DNA from: an uncultured delta proteobacterium
GTDB taxonomy: Bacteria; Desulfobacterota; Binatia; DP-6
Direction of reading: 5' to 3'
DNA length: 64,000 bases
NCBI GenBank assembly: GCA_963815115.1
Contig: CAWFFN010000007.1
Location: forward strand, 352,001-416,000
This document shows positions 29,368 through 38,436 of the stretch, in pieces. The notes below the pieces were generated by a model. It did no database searches, had not been told where the DNA came from, and saw nothing but the letters and a program-made list of their open reading frames with translations. The position numbers were made by a program, and so were the translations under genes. Each line of letters begins with the position of its first letter. Position 1 is the first letter of the stretch.

Positions 29368-30471
29368 ATGCGTCCCAACGGAACCCAGGCCCCCTCCTCG
29401 CCGGAGCCGGCGCCGGGCGGCGTTCGCCGCGTCACCTCGATCGCGCGCTGGCTGTCGCGCCGCAAGACATCGGCGGCGCAGCCGGCGCCCGCCGTCTCGG
29501 TCGTGATGCCGGTCTACAACGCGGAGGCCACGCTCGAGGAGTGCCTCATGCGGCTCGGGCAGTCGACCTTCGAGGACTTCGAGGTCGTCGTCGTCGACGA
29601 CGGTTCGACCGACCGCTCGGCGGAGATCCTCGCGCGCTTCCCGGTCCGGGTGGTGCCGAGCCCGGGACGGGTGGGGCCCGCAGCGGCGCGCAACCTGGGA
29701 GCCCAGATCGCCACCGGAAAGATCCTCTTCTTCATCGATTCCGACGTGATGGTCCGGCCGGATACGTTGCGCCTGCTCGCGGACGGGTTCGAGCAGCCAG
29801 AGGTGGATGGCTTCTGCGGGGTTCAGGCAGCCGAGATGCGCCACCGGGACCTCGTGAGCCAGTACAAAAACCTGTGGATGCGGTGGACCTATTTGAGGCA
29901 GACTGGCGACGTGCCCCTCTTCTACACCACCGCCGCCGCCATCCGGCGGGATGCGTTCCTGCGTGTCGGCGGCTTCGACGTGGGCTACTCGACCCCCAAC
30001 GTCGAGGATACCGCCTTCGGGCAGAAGCTGAGGCGGCTGGGCATCCGGGTGCGCGTCCACCCCCTGCTCGAGGTCGAGCACGTCAAGCGCTACTCGCTCC
30101 GCGGCCTGCTGCGGACGGACTTCATGCGCGCCGTGTCGCTCACGCGCCTCAAGCTGCGCCACCCCACCGACCTGGCTGAGAACAACACCTCCGTGCCGTC
30201 GAGCTACATGGCGAGCGTACCGCTGAGCGGTCTCGCCGTGCTGGGGCTCACCGTCGGCCTGGGCGCCGGCTGGTGGCCGGCGACCGCCATCGGCCTGCTC
30301 GCCGCGGGCGGCGTGCTCGGGCTGAACTTCGGATTCCTGGAGGCCATCCGGCGCAGCGAGGGCTGGGCGCGCGTCCTGTCGGCGATCCCCCTGCTCTGGC
30401 TGGAGCTGCTGGTGGTGGGAGCGGGCACGGCCATCGGGCTGCTGTCGTTTCCGTTCGGCCGGCGCTACTGA
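29368..30471 (+). CDS. Glycosyltransferase family 2
   Basis: VSVVMPVYN; VDDGSTD; GPAAARN; FIDSD; ED motif; C-terminal TMs. Confidence 0.9.
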   Translation: MRPNGTQAPSSPEPAPGGVRRVTSIARWLSRRKTSAAQPAPAVSVVMPVYNAEATLEECLMRLGQSTFEDFEVVVVDDGSTDRSAEILARFPVRVVPSPGRVGPAAARNLGAQIATGKILFFIDSDVMVRPDTLRLLADGFEQPEVDGFCGVQAAEMRHRDLVSQYKNLWMRWTYLRQTGDVPLFYTTAAAIRRDAFLRVGGFDVGYSTPNVEDTAFGQKLRRLGIRVRVHPLLEVEHVKRYSLRGLLRTDFMRAVSLTRLKLRHPTDLAENNTSVPSSYMASVPLSGLAVLGLTVGLGAGWWPATAIGLLAAGGVLGLNFGFLEAIRRSEGWARVLSAIPLLWLELLVVGAGTAIGLLSFPFGRRY

Positions 30472-30496
30472 GACCCGCGATCAAGGAGACATTGCG

Positions 30497-31726
30497 ATGG
30501 GCTACCTCGACTACCTGCAGCACGGGAAGAAGATCTTCCGCAAGAAGGGCGAGCTCCCCGTGTACCTGGTCTACTTCATCACCGACGCCTGCAATGCCAA
30601 GTGCAAGCACTGCCTGCTCGCCGACGGTGCCCACCCCGGGTGGGAAGAGCCCTCGATGACCTACCGCAAGCAGGAGCTCTCGCTCGAGGAACTGGACAAG
30701 GTCACGAGCAGCATCGGCAAGGGCAGCCTGATGTTTCTCCTGCCCACGGGCGGTGAGCCGTTCCTACGCAAGGACATCGGCGAGATCGTGAAGGTCTTCC
30801 ACAAGAACACCGGCGTGCGGAACGTGGGCATCCCCACCAACGGCAGCACGACGGCGCGCACCGTGTCCATCGTGAAGGACCTGTGCGAGAGCTGCCCGGA
30901 GCTCGACCTCCACATCGACGTCTCGCTCGACGGCGTGGGCGAGCTGCACGACGAGATCCGCGTCTTCCCCGGTCTCTTCAAGCGCTCGATCGAGACCTAC
31001 AAGGCGCTGCGCGAGATCGAGAAGCACTACAAGAACTTCAGCGTGCAGGTGGAGACCACGGTCTCCAAGCACAACGAGGACGTGCTGATCGAGAACTACG
31101 AGTGGTTCCGCCACAATCTCGACGTCGACACGGTGTTCACGCTGCTGACGCGGGGCAGCCCCAAGGAGCCGCTCGCCAAGTTCTTCGACGTCGAGAAGTA
31201 CCAGGCGTACGCCGATCACATGGAGCGCGAGTACAAGAGCGGCTCGCTCTCCGGGTACGATCATTTCCCGTTCGCCGACTTCATCAACGCGAAGCGGATC
31301 GTACGCCACAACCTGATCGCCAAGATCGTGCGCGAGAACGAGTACCAGATTCCGTGCTACGCGGGGAACCTGGGCGGCGCGATGTTCGCCAACGGCGACA
31401 TCTACCCGTGCGAGCTGCTCATCGATCGGAAGCTCGGCAACGTCCGCGAGGCCGGGTACGACTTCCGGAAGATCTGGTTCAGCGAGGCCGCCGAGGCGTC
31501 GCGTCGCTTCATCCGGGAGTCGAAGTGCTTCTGCACCTACGAGTGCTTCCTCACCATCAACATCCTGTTCAACCCGCGCATGATGCCGGCCGTCCTGAAG
31601 GAGTGGTCGAGTCTGAAGGCACGGAAGGCGTGGCGGAAGCTGACGGGCCGGCCGCCGGCGCGCGCCACGCTCGCCAGCTGCGGAACGGGTACCAGCAACA
31701 CGGCCACGGCCGCGGCCGACGCCTGA
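30497..31726 (+). CDS. Radical SAM protein with SPASM/Twitch domain
   Basis: CNAKCKHC; GGEPF; PCYAG...GDIYPCE...CFCTYEC. Confidence 0.92.
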   Translation: MGYLDYLQHGKKIFRKKGELPVYLVYFITDACNAKCKHCLLADGAHPGWEEPSMTYRKQELSLEELDKVTSSIGKGSLMFLLPTGGEPFLRKDIGEIVKVFHKNTGVRNVGIPTNGSTTARTVSIVKDLCESCPELDLHIDVSLDGVGELHDEIRVFPGLFKRSIETYKALREIEKHYKNFSVQVETTVSKHNEDVLIENYEWFRHNLDVDTVFTLLTRGSPKEPLAKFFDVEKYQAYADHMEREYKSGSLSGYDHFPFADFINAKRIVRHNLIAKIVRENEYQIPCYAGNLGGAMFANGDIYPCELLIDRKLGNVREAGYDFRKIWFSEAAEASRRFIRESKCFCTYECFLTINILFNPRMMPAVLKEWSSLKARKAWRKLTGRPPARATLASCGTGTSNTATAAADA

Positions 31727-31757
31727 GGGCGTAGCCGATCTCTGCGGGAGATTTCCG

Positions 31758-32516
31758 ATGTTTCGAGGCAAACGCATCTCCGTCGTCATTCCGTGCCACA
31801 ACGAGGAAGAGGGCGTCCGCACCACGATCGAGCAGATGCCGCCCATCGTGGACGAGGTGCTCGTGGTCGACAATGCGTCGACCGATCGCACCTCGGAGGT
31901 GGCGCAGTCGCTCGGCGCACGCGTCGTCTACGAGGCCCGCAAGGGCTACGGTCGGGCGTACAAGACCGGCTTCTCCGAGGCACGGGGCGACATCATCGTG
32001 ACCATGGACGGTGACGGCACGTATCCGCCGAACTCCATCCCGCTGCTGCTCCACGTGCTGCTGGAGGAGAAGATCGACTTCATGAGCGCGCGTCGCTGGC
32101 GGTCGAAGAACGACAAGTCGAAGAGTCCCTTGCGGCTGCTCGGGAACGCGATCCTGTCGAGCGCCACCATGGTGCTGTTCCGCCGCTTCCTGATCGACTC
32201 CCAGTCGGGGATGTGGATCTTCCGGCGGGATGTCCTGCAGCGCATCCGGCCGGAGAGCGACGGCATGGCGCTGTCGCAGGAGCTCAAGATACTCGCCTTC
32301 ACCCATCCCGAGGTGCGCTGTCTCGAGATGCCGATCTACTACGGAGAGCGCGTCGGCGAGAGCAAGCTGAACCTGTGGCGCGACGGGTTCGGCAACCTGA
32401 TCGCGCTCGGCAAGCTGCGCCTCTCGCTGGGCCGCCGCCGCCGGGCGGCCACCGTGACGCCGCTGCCCGCCCGCGAGGACGAGGTCCCCGAGCGCCGGGC
32501 GTCGCAGGCCCCCTGA
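31758..32516 (+). CDS. Glycosyltransferase family 2 (polyprenol-phosphate glycosyltransferase/DPM-synthase-like)
   Basis: VVIPCHNEE; VDNASTD; GYGRA; MDGDGTYP; DSQSG; RVGESKL. Confidence 0.9.
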   Translation: MFRGKRISVVIPCHNEEEGVRTTIEQMPPIVDEVLVVDNASTDRTSEVAQSLGARVVYEARKGYGRAYKTGFSEARGDIIVTMDGDGTYPPNSIPLLLHVLLEEKIDFMSARRWRSKNDKSKSPLRLLGNAILSSATMVLFRRFLIDSQSGMWIFRRDVLQRIRPESDGMALSQELKILAFTHPEVRCLEMPIYYGERVGESKLNLWRDGFGNLIALGKLRLSLGRRRRAATVTPLPAREDEVPERRASQAP

Positions 32517-32520
32517 GCCC

Positions 32521-33105
32521 ATGGCCCTCTGCCTCGCGCATGCGACCGCGGGGTATCTGGCCTACGAGGCGCTGCGACCCGCGGGGCCGCACCGGCCCGT
32601 GCTCCTCGCCGGGGCACTCGTCATGGCCAATGCCCCGGACCTGGATTTCCTCCCCGGCCTGCTGGTGGGCGTGCCGGTGGCGTACCATCGCGGCGTGACC
32701 CACACCCTCGGCGCGCTCGCCGTGGTGTCCGTCGCCGCCTGGGCGGTGGCACGACTGCTGCGGTCACGAAGCGCGTGGTGGTGGGGGCTGGCGGCGGGCG
32801 CCGCCTACGGCAGCCATCTGCTGGTCGACTGCCTCACCGTCGATGCCATCCCGCCCTATGGCATCCAGCTGCTCTGGCCCCTGACGGGCGCCTGGCTGCA
32901 CGCGCCCTTCAGCCTGTTCGGCGAGATCATCGTCGACCAGTCGGGACGGGCGGCCTTCCTGCACAGCCTGCTCACGCCGACCGCGCTCGTCGTCTGGGGC
33001 CGCGAGGTGGGTCTGGCCCTCGCCGCCGTCGCGGCGGTACACGCCCTGCGCGCGGTCCGGGCGGTGGTCACGGTCCCGGTCGCCGACGAGTCGCTCGAGC
33101 CATGA
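32521..33105 (+). CDS. YdjM-like membrane metal-dependent hydrolase
   Basis: AH; PDLD; HRGVTH; SHLLVD; LLWP. Confidence 0.85.
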   Translation: MALCLAHATAGYLAYEALRPAGPHRPVLLAGALVMANAPDLDFLPGLLVGVPVAYHRGVTHTLGALAVVSVAAWAVARLLRSRSAWWWGLAAGAAYGSHLLVDCLTVDAIPPYGIQLLWPLTGAWLHAPFSLFGEIIVDQSGRAAFLHSLLTPTALVVWGREVGLALAAVAAVHALRAVRAVVTVPVADESLEP

Positions 33106-33650
33106 TCTGGTGGGCGGCCTATCTCGTTCTCGTTCTGGTGCTCTTCGTCCGCGTCGTTCCGCCCGGTACCATGGCTCGCCTCCCGCTGCGGCCGGCACCC
33201 GACGAGCCGTTGCGTCTCGTGACGGCGCATCACGCGCTCTTCTATGCCATCCTCCTCGGCGCGCCCCTGGAAGCACTCGTGCTGGGCGGAGCAGCCTCCG
33301 GCCGCTGGCTCGGGGTGGTTCTCTTCGCCGCCGGGGTGGCAACGTATCGTCTCGCCGGACGGGCGCTCGGCGAGGCGCTGTCACCGCTGGTCTCGCCACG
33401 GCCGGGCGTGGCGCTCGTGACCTCCGGACCGTATCGCTACCTGCGCCATCCCATGTACATCGGGCAGGCGCTCATCGCGGCAGGGGCGCCCTTGACGCTG
33501 GGCTGCCGGTGGGTCGTGTGGCTCGCACTGCCGGCGCTGATCGTCCTGGGCATCCGCGCCGCCTCCGAGGACGCGGCCCTGGCGCGTGCCTTTCCGGGCC
33601 ATGGTGGCTGGGCGGCCCGGACGAAGCGCCTGATTCCCTTCGTGTTCTGA
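33102..33650 (+). CDS. Isoprenylcysteine carboxyl methyltransferase (ICMT/STE14) family membrane protein
   Basis: LVTSGPYRYLRHPMY; RLIPFVF. Confidence 0.85.
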   Translation: MIWWAAYLVLVLVLFVRVVPPGTMARLPLRPAPDEPLRLVTAHHALFYAILLGAPLEALVLGGAASGRWLGVVLFAAGVATYRLAGRALGEALSPLVSPRPGVALVTSGPYRYLRHPMYIGQALIAAGAPLTLGCRWVVWLALPALIVLGIRAASEDAALARAFPGHGGWAARTKRLIPFVF

Positions 33651-33721
33651 CCGGCCTGCCAAGATGGCCTGCGAAGATTGCCACCCCTGACGAACTCGGC
33701 TAGACGAACGTACCCCTCGCC

Positions 33722-34669
33722 ATGCACACCGTCGCGGTCGACATCCTGACGGGCTTTCTCGGGAGCGGAAAGACCACTCTGCTGCGGCACGTGCTCGACC
33801 ACGGCCTGCGCGGCAAGCCGGTCGCCGTCATCATGAACGAGATCGGCGAGATCGGCATCGACGGACGCGTGATCACCGGTCTGTCGGCCGTCGAGACCAT
33901 GGTGGAGCTCTCGAGCGGCTGCATCTGCTGCACGATCGACGACTATCGCTTCGACCTGGCGGTGCAGGAGATCGTCGAGACCACCCGACCGCATCTGATC
34001 ATCATCGAGTCGACCGGCCTGGCCGATCCCGAACCACTCGCGTACCGGGTGAAGGGGGCGGGCCTCGGCCTGGATGCGATCATCACGGTGGTCGACGTGC
34101 ACGACGGGCCGCAGCACCTGCGCGAGACCGAGGTGGCGGGTCGGCAGGTCGAGGCCGCCGACTTCCTCGTGCTGAACAAGCTGGACCTGGTCGACGAGCG
34201 TACCGCGGACCGCGTCGAGCGCCAGCTCGCGCGGCGCAATCCGCGCGCCGAGCGCTTCCGGACGGTGCGCGGCGCGATCGACAGCGACGTGCTCTTCGCC
34301 ACCGGCGTGGCGGCGTTTCGCGAGCGCGCTCGCCAGCCTGCCGGCGACCATCTCCACGCCGACGGCTTCGGGAGCTTCATCTACCGATCCGAGCGCCCGC
34401 TGGACCAGCGGCTGTTCGAGCGCCTTCTCGGTCGCCTGCCGCGAGAGGTGGTCCGCGCGAAGGGCATCGTTCGCTTCGCGGGCCGCGACTGGCAGTGCCT
34501 CTTCAACGTCACCTGCGGGCGGTACGAGCTCTCGTGGGTGAAGCTGCCGGAGGTGGCGGAGAACCAGGCGGTCTTCATCGGTCGCAACCTCGGTCGGCAC
34601 GAGAACGCCCTGCGGGCCGCGCTGGCGGCCTGCGAGGCTGCCGACGAGAGGAGCAGCAGCCATGCATGA
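33722..34669 (+). CDS. CobW/COG0523 family GTPase (metallochaperone)
   Basis: GFLGSGKTT; NEIG; GCICC; IESTGLADP; NKLD; RAKG; VFIGR. Confidence 0.93.
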   Translation: MHTVAVDILTGFLGSGKTTLLRHVLDHGLRGKPVAVIMNEIGEIGIDGRVITGLSAVETMVELSSGCICCTIDDYRFDLAVQEIVETTRPHLIIIESTGLADPEPLAYRVKGAGLGLDAIITVVDVHDGPQHLRETEVAGRQVEAADFLVLNKLDLVDERTADRVERQLARRNPRAERFRTVRGAIDSDVLFATGVAAFRERARQPAGDHLHADGFGSFIYRSERPLDQRLFERLLGRLPREVVRAKGIVRFAGRDWQCLFNVTCGRYELSWVKLPEVAENQAVFIGRNLGRHENALRAALAACEAADERSSSHA

Positions 34670-34793
34670 ACGTCCAACGGACCGGCCCGACACGCCGCCG
34701 GCAACGCCCTCGAGCCCCCCGGACACCGGTTACACCGAAGACGAGGAGGCCGAGGTCCGCAAGCGGCTGGAGGACCTCGGATACGTCGAGTAG
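34662..34793 (+). CDS. 43-aa micropeptide: Pro-rich linker plus LGY tail
   Basis: GAGAGGAG RBS then ATG 34662; MHERPTDRPDTPPATPSSPPDTGYTEDEEAEVRKRLEDLGYVE*; fills the gap between cobW and the dehydrogenase; tail aligns with neighbouring enzyme C-termini. Confidence 0.78.
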   Translation: MHERPTDRPDTPPATPSSPPDTGYTEDEEAEVRKRLEDLGYVE

Positions 34794-34826
34794 GGACGTC
34801 CGGGGTCTGCCGCGAGGAGATACGTC

Positions 34827-36125
34827 ATGCAGGAGCTGATCGAACGGATCGAGCGTCGCACCGTGCGCTGCGGTGTGATCGGGCTCGGCTACGTGGGGCT
34901 GCCGCTCGCCCTGGAGTTCGCCAAGGCGGGGTTCCACGTCGTGGGCATCGATCTCGACGAGCGCAAGGTGCAGGCGATCCGGGAGGGACGCTCCTACATC
35001 GTCGACGTGAGCGACGAGGAGATCGCCGGGCCGGTCAGGGAAGGGAAGTTCTCGGCGACGACGGATTTCTCGGTCATCTCCGAGCTCGACACGATCAACA
35101 TCTGCGTGCCGACGCCGCTCCGCAAGACGAAGGATCCCGACCTCACCCACGTCGTGGCGGCCGTGAACGAGATCCGCAAGCATCTGCGTCCGGGCCAGCT
35201 GGTGATCCTGGAAAGTACCACGTATCCCGGTACGACCGAGGAGGTCGTCCGCCCCGCACTCGAGGGGTCCGGTCTCGAGGTGGGCCGGGACTTCTGCCTG
35301 GCGTTCTCGCCCGAGCGCATCGATCCCGGGAATGCGAGCTTCCACACCCGCAACATTCCGAAGGTCGTCGGTGGAGTGACGGCGCGCTGCACGCAGGTCG
35401 CGAAGCGGCTCTACGAGGCGTCCGTGGACACCGTGGTGCCGGTGTCGTCGACCCAGGTCGCGGAGATGGTGAAGCTCCTCGAGAACACCTTCCGGAGCGT
35501 CAACATCGGGCTGGTGAACGAGATCGCGCTGATGTGCAGCGCGCTCAGGATCGACGTCTGGGAGGTCATCGAGGCGGCCAAGACCAAGCCCTTCGGCTTC
35601 ATGGCCTTCTACCCGGGTCCGGGGCTGGGCGGGCATTGCATCCCGATCGATCCGTTCTACCTGTCGTGGAAGGCCAAGATGAACGGCTTCGACGCCCGCT
35701 TCATCGAGCTGGCGGGCCACATCAACGAAAGCATGCCTCGCTTCGTGGTCGAGCGCGTCACCGACGCGCTCAACCGGCACCGCAAGAGCATCCGCGGGTC
35801 GCGCATCCACGTGCTCGGGGTCGCCTACAAGGCGGGGGTGAACGACATCCGGGAGTCCCCCGCGCTGAACGTGATGAAGATCCTCGCCGACAAGGGCGGG
35901 GTCCTCTCGTACACCGATCCCTACATCCCCATGGTGCACGAGGAGGGCCTCGAGTTCGAATCCGTTCCGCTCGAGGCCGCCCGGATGAAGGCGGTGGATT
36001 GCGTCGTCATCCTGACCGCGCATCGGGAGATCGACTATGACCTGGTGGTGCGGACGGCGCCGTTGATCGTGGATACGCGCAACGCCCTGCAGGGCTACGA
36101 CGGACCCAACGTGATCCGGCTCTAG
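34827..36125 (+). CDS. UDP-N-acetylhexosamine 6-dehydrogenase (WbpA/WecC/TviB type)
   Basis: GLGYVG; ICVPTP; ESTTYPGTT; SPERIDPG; KLLENTFR; GGHCIPIDP. Confidence 0.93.
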   Translation: MQELIERIERRTVRCGVIGLGYVGLPLALEFAKAGFHVVGIDLDERKVQAIREGRSYIVDVSDEEIAGPVREGKFSATTDFSVISELDTINICVPTPLRKTKDPDLTHVVAAVNEIRKHLRPGQLVILESTTYPGTTEEVVRPALEGSGLEVGRDFCLAFSPERIDPGNASFHTRNIPKVVGGVTARCTQVAKRLYEASVDTVVPVSSTQVAEMVKLLENTFRSVNIGLVNEIALMCSALRIDVWEVIEAAKTKPFGFMAFYPGPGLGGHCIPIDPFYLSWKAKMNGFDARFIELAGHINESMPRFVVERVTDALNRHRKSIRGSRIHVLGVAYKAGVNDIRESPALNVMKILADKGGVLSYTDPYIPMVHEEGLEFESVPLEAARMKAVDCVVILTAHREIDYDLVVRTAPLIVDTRNALQGYDGPNVIRL

Positions 36126-36231
36126 CGGGGGTGGGCGTCAGCGGCGCGTGTACGCGGTGGCGATTTGGGCGGGCGTGTGTATAGTGCCGCCGGGGAGCGG
36201 CACGTTGCGCGTCGCTCCGGGGAGCGAGCCG

Positions 36232-36489
36232 GTGAACCTGAAGCGCCGAATTCTACTCGAGTACCGCAAGGTCTATGACGCCGCACCGGACGCGCCGTAC
36301 CTGCACGCGCGCGACGGCCTGCCGGACCGCCTCGGGCTCCCTTTCGACTCGATCGCGGCCGAGGTGAAGGAGCTCGAACAGGGACGCTTCCTGCACTGGA
36401 AGGCCCAGGACCTGTACAAGCTCTCTCCGCGTGGCATCCGCGTCACCGGGAACCAGAGCGAGCTCGATCTGGAGTTCCCGGAGTCCTGA
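36232..36489 (+). CDS. Small hypothetical protein, possibly winged helix
   Basis: 85-aa ORF with host-like codon use; LEQGRFL..YKLSPRG resembles a wHTH wing; TATAGT at 36180-36185 upstream. Confidence 0.55.
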   Translation: MNLKRRILLEYRKVYDAAPDAPYLHARDGLPDRLGLPFDSIAAEVKELEQGRFLHWKAQDLYKLSPRGIRVTGNQSELDLEFPES

Positions 36490-36566
36490 CGCGTCGAAGC
36501 GCGCGCAGCTTCGAACGTCAAATCGGCTGGTGACCACGGCAGCGAAGCGAAGGGGACGGTAGGCGC

Positions 36567-38426
36567 ATGAGTCTACGGCCCGTGGGGGCGGGAATCGCCG
36601 GCGGACTGCTCGCCGGTGCCGCCGTCGGCCTCGTCGAGGCGCTGGTCTCCTGGCTGGGCGCGCACGGCGCCGGCGAGCTGCCGCCGATCGGCTGGGCGCT
36701 GGTGGTCTATGGCATGGTGGGAGCGGCCGGCGGGTTCGGGGCCGGCGTTCTGGCCGCGCTGCTGCGCGGCGACGGCTTCGGACTCGCGCTGGGAGCCGTC
36801 GGCGCAGGGCTCACCTTCGTCGTCGCGCGCTTTCGCATCATCCGCGACGTCTTCCTGGAGCAGCTTCCGCAGGGACCGCTGCCGAAGGTCCTCCAGGCGG
36901 CGGGCTTGCTGCTGGCGGTCGTGCTCGCGTTCCTGCTCTGGCGCGCGCTGCGCGGGGCCGACGCGCGGCGACGCTGGCCGACCCGGCCGCTTCCGGCGGC
37001 CGCCCTCGTGGCCCTGCTCGCAGCGCTCTGGATGCTCACGGCGCGGCTGTTGCCACATCCCGCCCCGCCCGCGCCGCCCGCGCACGCGGCGGCCGCCGCC
37101 GGGGCACCGAGCGTTCTCCTCGTCATGGTCGACACGCTGCGTGCCGATCATCTCTCCGCCTACGGCTATGGCGGCGGCCGGACCCCCCACATCGACTCCC
37201 TGGCCGCCGACGGCGTGCGCTACGCCCACACCTTCGCGCAGGCGTCCTGGACGCGCCCCTCGGTGGCGACGATCCTGACCGGTCTCTACCCCTCCTCGCA
37301 CGGTGCGGTGCACAAGGCGGACATGCTCCCCGACCGGGTGGACACGGTGGCGGAGGTGCTGGCGCGCGGCGGCTACTACACCGCCGGCTTCGCCGACAAC
37401 GTGAACGTGTCGCCGAGCTTCGGCTTCGGCCAGGGCTTCGCCGACTACCGCTACCTGGCGCCCGACCTGTTCTTTCACGCCAGCGAGCCGGCGGCGCAGC
37501 TGACCCTCTACAGCGGGCTTCGTCTGGTGCGCGAGCGCTTCCTGGCGCGCCGGGTGGACGTGCACAACTACTACCAGCCGGCGGAGGTCGTGACCGACAC
37601 CCTGATCGAATGGCTCGACTCGCCCGCGGCGAAGCAGGGGCCCTTCTTCCTCTTCGCCCACTACATGGATCCCCACGACCCCTACTTCGTGCACCCGTTC
37701 AACGGCGAGGGGTATGCGCGTGTCGCCAATCCCAACCCGCCTGCCAGCGTCGCGGACAAGTACCGCCAGCTCTACGACGGCGGGATCGCCTACCTCGACG
37801 AGCACCTCGGGCGGCTGTTCGCGGACCTCAAGCGCCGCGGCCTCTACGACCACATGCTGATCGTGCTCACCGGCGATCATGGCGAGGAGTTTCACGAGCA
37901 CGGCGGCTGGTGGCACGGGACCACCCTGTACGACGAGCAGATCCATGTCCCGCTCATCATGAAGCCTCCCGCGGGCGGCGCGCGCGGGCGCGTCGTCGAC
38001 GAGCTCACGACCAGCCTCGACATCACGCCCACCATCATCAAGACGGCGGGCCTGGCGGTGCCGCCGGTCATGCAGGGACATCCGCTCCCGCTCGACGGAG
38101 GGACGCCCGAGAAACGCGACAGCGTGTTCTCGGAAGAGGACCTCGAGGGGAACATGCTGCAGTCGGTGCGGACGAACTCGTCGAAGCTGATCACGGCCAA
38201 CCCGGGCAACCCGCGCGGGCTCCAGCCCGAGGAGCTGTACGATCTGAAGACCGATCCCGGCGAGCAGCGCAGCCTGGTCGCGAGCGAGCCGAACCTCCTG
38301 GAGGAGCTGCGCGCGGCCTTGGGCCGGTCGTATCTCGAGGCGCGCGCTCATGCCGGCGCGGGTTCGCAGACCGACGTCGACAGCGTCACCAAGGACCGCC
38401 TGCGCGCGCTCGGCTATCTCAAGTGA
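36567..38426 (+). CDS. Membrane-anchored sulfatase-fold protein (Thr at the nucleophile position) with LGY tail
   Basis: N-terminal TMs; MVDTLRADH; SWTRPSVATILTG; HYMDPHDPY; GDHGEE; ends KDRLRALGYLK. Confidence 0.88.
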   Translation: MSLRPVGAGIAGGLLAGAAVGLVEALVSWLGAHGAGELPPIGWALVVYGMVGAAGGFGAGVLAALLRGDGFGLALGAVGAGLTFVVARFRIIRDVFLEQLPQGPLPKVLQAAGLLLAVVLAFLLWRALRGADARRRWPTRPLPAAALVALLAALWMLTARLLPHPAPPAPPAHAAAAAGAPSVLLVMVDTLRADHLSAYGYGGGRTPHIDSLAADGVRYAHTFAQASWTRPSVATILTGLYPSSHGAVHKADMLPDRVDTVAEVLARGGYYTAGFADNVNVSPSFGFGQGFADYRYLAPDLFFHASEPAAQLTLYSGLRLVRERFLARRVDVHNYYQPAEVVTDTLIEWLDSPAAKQGPFFLFAHYMDPHDPYFVHPFNGEGYARVANPNPPASVADKYRQLYDGGIAYLDEHLGRLFADLKRRGLYDHMLIVLTGDHGEEFHEHGGWWHGTTLYDEQIHVPLIMKPPAGGARGRVVDELTTSLDITPTIIKTAGLAVPPVMQGHPLPLDGGTPEKRDSVFSEEDLEGNMLQSVRTNSSKLITANPGNPRGLQPEELYDLKTDPGEQRSLVASEPNLLEELRAALGRSYLEARAHAGAGSQTDVDSVTKDRLRALGYLK

Positions 38427-38436
38427 CGCACGTGCC

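Noticed and set aside
34495-34839. 114-aa ORF from the supplied track spanning the cobW-dehydrogenase gap
   Set aside because: Overlaps both neighbours with no motifs; the 34662-34793 frame has an RBS and the conserved tail
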